From Candidatus Iainarchaeum sp. (lineage in GTDB: Archaea > Iainarchaeota > Iainarchaeia > Iainarchaeales > CSSED10-239), in contig JAQUVR010000003.1 of assembly GCA_028693335.1 (NCBI GenBank), positions 1-17,520 of the forward strand: 17,520 nt of DNA, read 5' to 3'. The notes beneath the pieces are model-generated. The model ran no database searches, was not told the origin of the DNA, and saw only the letters and a list, made by a program, of their open reading frames with translations. Shown here one piece after another: positions 14,483 through 17,520 of this stretch; positions within the stretch are counted from its first letter, which is position 1; each line of letters begins with the position of its first letter. A program made the translations under genes and the position numbers.

Positions 14483-15043
14483 ATGACTAATTTTTTTTCT
14501 TTATTTTCTGCAATTATTTTTATTGCATCCTATTATTTTTATATTATATCTATTTTTAGAAAAGAAACTAAACCTCAAAAAGCAAGTTGGATTATTTGGA
14601 GTATAACTGATCTAATTATACTAATTACATTGTTATTACAGAGTGTTTCCAATTATCATTTGTCTTTTGCTGCAACAATTGGATCAATCTTAATAGTTTT
14701 TTTATCTTTTAAGTATGGTGTTTCTGGTTGGAGAAAAATAGACTTTATTTGTTTATCTGTGTCTGGAGTTGGTTTGTTATTTTGGCAATTATATAATAAT
14801 CCATTAGTAGCGTTAATTATTTTATCATTAACACAGATAATTGCAACAATTCCAACAGCTGTATATGTTTGGAAATATCCAAAAACAGAGAATAAAATAT
14901 CTTGGGGGTTATTTTTTATTGCTGGTATTTTTGGAGTACTTGCAATACCTGTTTGGAATCCAGAAAATTATGTTTTCCCCCTATCTATTTTAGTGGTGTC
15001 TATCCCTTTTTTTATAATGCTTTTTAGAGATAAAAATAACTAA
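14483..15043 (+). CDS. 7-TM membrane protein with internal 3+1+3 duplication (PQ-loop/SWEET-like, tentative)
   Basis: Seven hydrophobic segments. The loop after TM1 (SIFRKETKPQKASWIIW) is echoed after TM5 (YVWKYPKTENKISWGLF). This pattern resembles the PQ-loop/SemiSWEET repeat (basic loop then a small residue and Ser entering TM2). The family assignment is from memory and has not been searched. Confidence 0.75.
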   Translation: MTNFFSLFSAIIFIASYYFYIISIFRKETKPQKASWIIWSITDLIILITLLLQSVSNYHLSFAATIGSILIVFLSFKYGVSGWRKIDFICLSVSGVGLLFWQLYNNPLVALIILSLTQIIATIPTAVYVWKYPKTENKISWGLFFIAGIFGVLAIPVWNPENYVFPLSILVVSIPFFIMLFRDKNN

Positions 15044-15124
15044 AAAATACCTATTTAAAGGCTTCTATACCTAAATATAATATACAATAATATAACTATT
15101 TTTTATAAAAAGAGGTAATTTAAT

Positions 15125-15532
15125 ATGGCAGAAGATAATAATAAAATGAAACAAGAATTAGAACAAGAACAATTAGAAGAAGTTTTAGAAGAAACAGATG
15201 ATGAAGAATTAGATGATGAAAAATTACCATTCCCAAATGCAACTGTTGTAAGATTAATGAGAAAGAGTTTAGATCCACATAAACAAATAAAAGGAATAGT
15301 AAAAAAAGAAATGAATTTATTTTTAGGTAGAATAGTTGAAACACTTTGTAAAAAAATGAATGGCTACGAATATAGTTATGTTGATTATGGAATGTTTAAA
15401 CAAGCTATTGAAACTTTTGAAAATATACAAACAATAGAATTAGAGAAAATTAGAATTATTAAAAATCTAGAAAAAATCAAAGCAGAATGTGATATTTTAA
15501 TAGATGATGTTGAAAGGAAATTTCACAAATAA
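15125..15532 (+). CDS. Histone-fold protein (NF-YB/NC2-like pattern) with acidic N-terminal tail and helical C-terminal extension
   Basis: Residues 34-98 (LPFPNATVVRLMRKSLDPHKQIKGIVKKEMNLFLGRIVETLCKKMNGYEYSYVDYGMFKQAIETF) fit helix1-L1-long helix2-L2-helix3 and the LP(I/F)xNvxRimKk opening of NF-YB/Dr1 and archaeal histones. GAGGT lies 8 nt before the ATG. Confidence 0.7.
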   Translation: MAEDNNKMKQELEQEQLEEVLEETDDEELDDEKLPFPNATVVRLMRKSLDPHKQIKGIVKKEMNLFLGRIVETLCKKMNGYEYSYVDYGMFKQAIETFENIQTIELEKIRIIKNLEKIKAECDILIDDVERKFHK

Positions 15533-15544
15533 AATTTTAAAATC

Positions 15545-15817
15545 GTGAAAAAGAATATGGCAACAGATTTATTTTATCCAGAAAAATATGTTTTAAAACT
15601 TAAAGAAGACATGAAACGTTTTACTGATCTGGATAATAAGATTTTATTAAATAAAAAAAAAGAGTTTGAAGCATTTAAAACAAATTTATCCAGTAAATTT
15701 AATACTGGTGTTGTTGATCTAAAAATTTTAGATAGACAATTTTTTTTAGATTCTGATAATAGAGAAATATTTGAAAGTAAATTATTACAAAAAAACAGAA
15801 AACAAAACAATTTATAG
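15545..15817 (+). CDS. Hypothetical protein (about 86-90 aa)
   Basis: An ORF 12 nt after the histone-fold gene on the same strand, with Lys-rich composition like its neighbours. I recognise no motif. It uses a GTG start per the track; the ATG at 15557 is an alternative, and there is no clear SD. Confidence 0.5.
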   Translation: MKKNMATDLFYPEKYVLKLKEDMKRFTDLDNKILLNKKKEFEAFKTNLSSKFNTGVVDLKILDRQFFLDSDNREIFESKLLQKNRKQNNL

Positions 15818-15847
15818 AATTTTTTGTAAAATAAGGAGTGATGTTAT

Positions 15848-17467
15848 ATGAACAGTTCAGGTAACCAAACATCTGGTGCATTTTTGCCAGAAGGTACAAA
15901 AAGAGATAAAGGAAAAGACGCTCAAAGATTAAATATACTGGTTGCAAAAGCAGTAAGTAATTCAGTAAAATCAACACTTGGTCCAAGAGGAATGGACAAA
16001 ATGCTTGTAAATGAGATGGGCGATGTTACAATTAGTAATGATGGGGCAACAATATTAAAAGAAATGGCTATAGAACACCCAATTGGAAAGATGTTAGTAG
16101 AACTTGCAAAAAACCAAGATGACGAAGTGGGTGATGGAACAACAAGTGCTGTAATTATTGCAGGTGGTCTAGTTTCTAAAGCAGAAAATCTTTTAGATGA
16201 AAATATTCATCCCTCAATAATTATTAAAGGATATAAAATGGCTGCAGATAAAGCTGTTGATTATTTTACAGACATTTCTGAAAATATTACCATAACCGAT
16301 AAACAAGCACTTTTAGATATTGCAAAAACATCAATGACCGGGAAAGCTTCTGAATATAGTTCCAGCTTAGCAAATATTGTTGTTGATGCTATTTTAAAAA
16401 TATCAAAATCAAAGAAAGAACTTGAAAGAGATCAAATAAAAATAGAGCAAAAGATTGGTGGCAATTTATCAGATACAAAACTAATTGATGGAATTGTTCT
16501 TGATAAAGAAGTTGTTCATTCAGAAATGCCAAAAGACATTAAATCCGGAAAAATATTATTATTAGGTACTGCTTTAGAGATTAAAGAAACAGAAACAGAA
16601 GCAAAAATACAAATCACATCACCAGAACAATTACAAGCATTTATTGATCAAGAAGAGGAACAATTAAAAGAAATGGTTGATAAGATTGTTTCTACTGGCG
16701 CAAATGTTTTGATCTGTCAAAAAGGAATAGATGATCTTGCACAACATTATTTAGCAAAAGCAGGAATAACTGCTGTAAGAAGAGTTAGACAAACAGATAT
16801 AGAAAGATTAGCAAAAGCAACCGGCGCAAAAATAATTAGTAGACTGAAGGACTCTAGTTCTAAAGATTTGGGATCAGCAGAACACGTTTACTCAAAGAAA
16901 ATTGCAGGAGACGATATGCTTTTTATAGAAAAATGCCCTAATCCTAATTTTGTAACAATATTGTTAAGAGGAGCAAGTGAGCAAATCTTAGCAGAATCTG
17001 ATAGAACAATAACAGATGCTGTTGGAGCAGTAATATCTTCATTAAAATCTGGTAAGTTTTTAGCTGCTGGTGGATCTTCAGAAATAGATGTTTCATTAAA
17101 ATTAAAAAATTTTGCAAAAACTATTGGTGGAAGAGAGCAATTAGCTATTGAGGCTTTTGCAGATGTTTTAGATATAATTCCAAAAACTCTTGCTGAAAGT
17201 GCTGGTCTAGATGCAATTGACACAATCGTTTCTTTAAGAAGTAAACATCAAGATCCAATAAATAAGGGTTTTGGTGTTGATGTTGTTAATGGAACTATTG
17301 CAGATATGAAAAAGAAAAATATTATTGAGCCATTAAATGTTAAAACACAAGCAATAATCTCAGCAACAGAAGTTGCTGAATTAATATTAAGGATTGATGA
17401 TATTATTGCTGGTCAATCAGGTAGGGGCCAAGCAAGAATGGGCCCACAGGATATGGCTGAAATGTAA
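15848..17467 (+). CDS. ths: Thermosome subunit (group II chaperonin)
   Basis: [57 protein letters not shown], the apical helical-protrusion region and the equatorial C-terminal motifs ([12 protein letters not shown]) are present. AAGGAGTG lies 7 nt before the ATG. Confidence 0.95.
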   Translation: MNSSGNQTSGAFLPEGTKRDKGKDAQRLNILVAKAVSNSVKSTLGPRGMDKMLVNEMGDVTISNDGATILKEMAIEHPIGKMLVELAKNQDDEVGDGTTSAVIIAGGLVSKAENLLDENIHPSIIIKGYKMAADKAVDYFTDISENITITDKQALLDIAKTSMTGKASEYSSSLANIVVDAILKISKSKKELERDQIKIEQKIGGNLSDTKLIDGIVLDKEVVHSEMPKDIKSGKILLLGTALEIKETETEAKIQITSPEQLQAFIDQEEEQLKEMVDKIVSTGANVLICQKGIDDLAQHYLAKAGITAVRRVRQTDIERLAKATGAKIISRLKDSSSKDLGSAEHVYSKKIAGDDMLFIEKCPNPNFVTILLRGASEQILAESDRTITDAVGAVISSLKSGKFLAAGGSSEIDVSLKLKNFAKTIGGREQLAIEAFADVLDIIPKTLAESAGLDAIDTIVSLRSKHQDPINKGFGVDVVNGTIADMKKKNIIEPLNVKTQAIISATEVAELILRIDDIIAGQSGRGQARMGPQDMAEM

Positions 17468-17469
17468 TA

Positions 17470-17490
17470 TTTTCTTTTTTAATCTTTTTA
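17470..17490 (+). terminator. Oligo-T tracts after the thermosome gene (archaeal-type terminator candidate)
   Basis: TTTCTTTTTT and TTTTT runs begin 4 nt after the stop codon. Archaeal RNA polymerase terminates at oligo-T. T-runs are common in this AT-rich DNA, so specificity is low. Confidence 0.3.
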
Positions 17491-17520
17491 TTTATTACAA
17501 TTATTAAATTACTATTTTTT

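Noticed and set aside
15120-15986. Minus-strand ORFs 15120-15344, 15574-15810 and 15699-15986.
   Set aside because: Leu/Phe-rich antisense shadows of the histone-fold gene, the 90-aa ORF and the thermosome 5' end.
16888-17223. 111-aa minus-strand ORF inside the thermosome gene.
   Set aside because: It is antisense to an unambiguous group II chaperonin reading frame.
1-17520. CRISPR arrays, transposons/IS elements, toxin-antitoxin pairs, known defence systems and stop-codon reassignment.
   Set aside because: There are no spaced direct repeats, transposase or integrase ORFs. The PIN protein is the conserved Fcf1-type housekeeping form in its usual operon, without an adjacent antitoxin. Stops are mostly TAA, with four TAG (five counting the 15545-15817 ORF) and one TGA, all at plausible protein ends, so the standard code fits.

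Overview
This is a visibly AT-rich archaeal chromosomal fragment. It most likely comes from a small-genome, DPANN-like archaeon. That is an inference from the archaeal information-processing genes, the short Lys/Asn/Ile-rich proteins and the GGAGGTGA-type Shine-Dalgarno motifs placed 6-8 nt before most starts.

Gene content, left to right:
- A conserved archaeal cluster: Fcf1-like PIN protein (5' partial), RNA polymerase subunit Rpo7/E', Spt4, and ribosomal proteins S24e and S27ae.
- A CPBP intramembrane protease.
- A 515-bp gene-free gap containing a GC-richer, hairpin-rich island (candidate ncRNA of unknown class).
- A PHP phosphoesterase and a TraB-family protein, convergent and overlapping by 8 nt.
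- A same-strand cell-surface block: a roughly 1180-aa modular, sequon-rich surface protein with a C-terminal TM anchor; a geranylgeranyl-reductase-family flavoprotein starting 3 nt later; a secreted 4-Cys plus coiled-coil protein; and a start-codon-less TM ORF in frame with it.
- Divergent tRNA-Gln(UUG) and tRNA-Ile(GAU).
- An alpha/beta hydrolase.
- A NOL1/NOP2/Sun RNA m5C methyltransferase with a separately encoded PUA-like partner.
- Two tandem micro-ORFs encoding extremely acidic peptides, followed by a 7-TM internally duplicated membrane protein.
- A histone-fold protein with an acidic N-tail and a helical C-extension, a small hypothetical protein, and a thermosome subunit.

I found no CRISPR array, transposase, integrase, reverse transcriptase or recognisable defence gene.

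The most unusual items are the acidic micro-ORF/7-TM cassette, the surface block with its in-frame TAG-AGG-TGA junction, the atypical histone-fold protein and the unclassified structured-RNA candidate. All functional readings of these four are hypotheses that need database searches and experiments.
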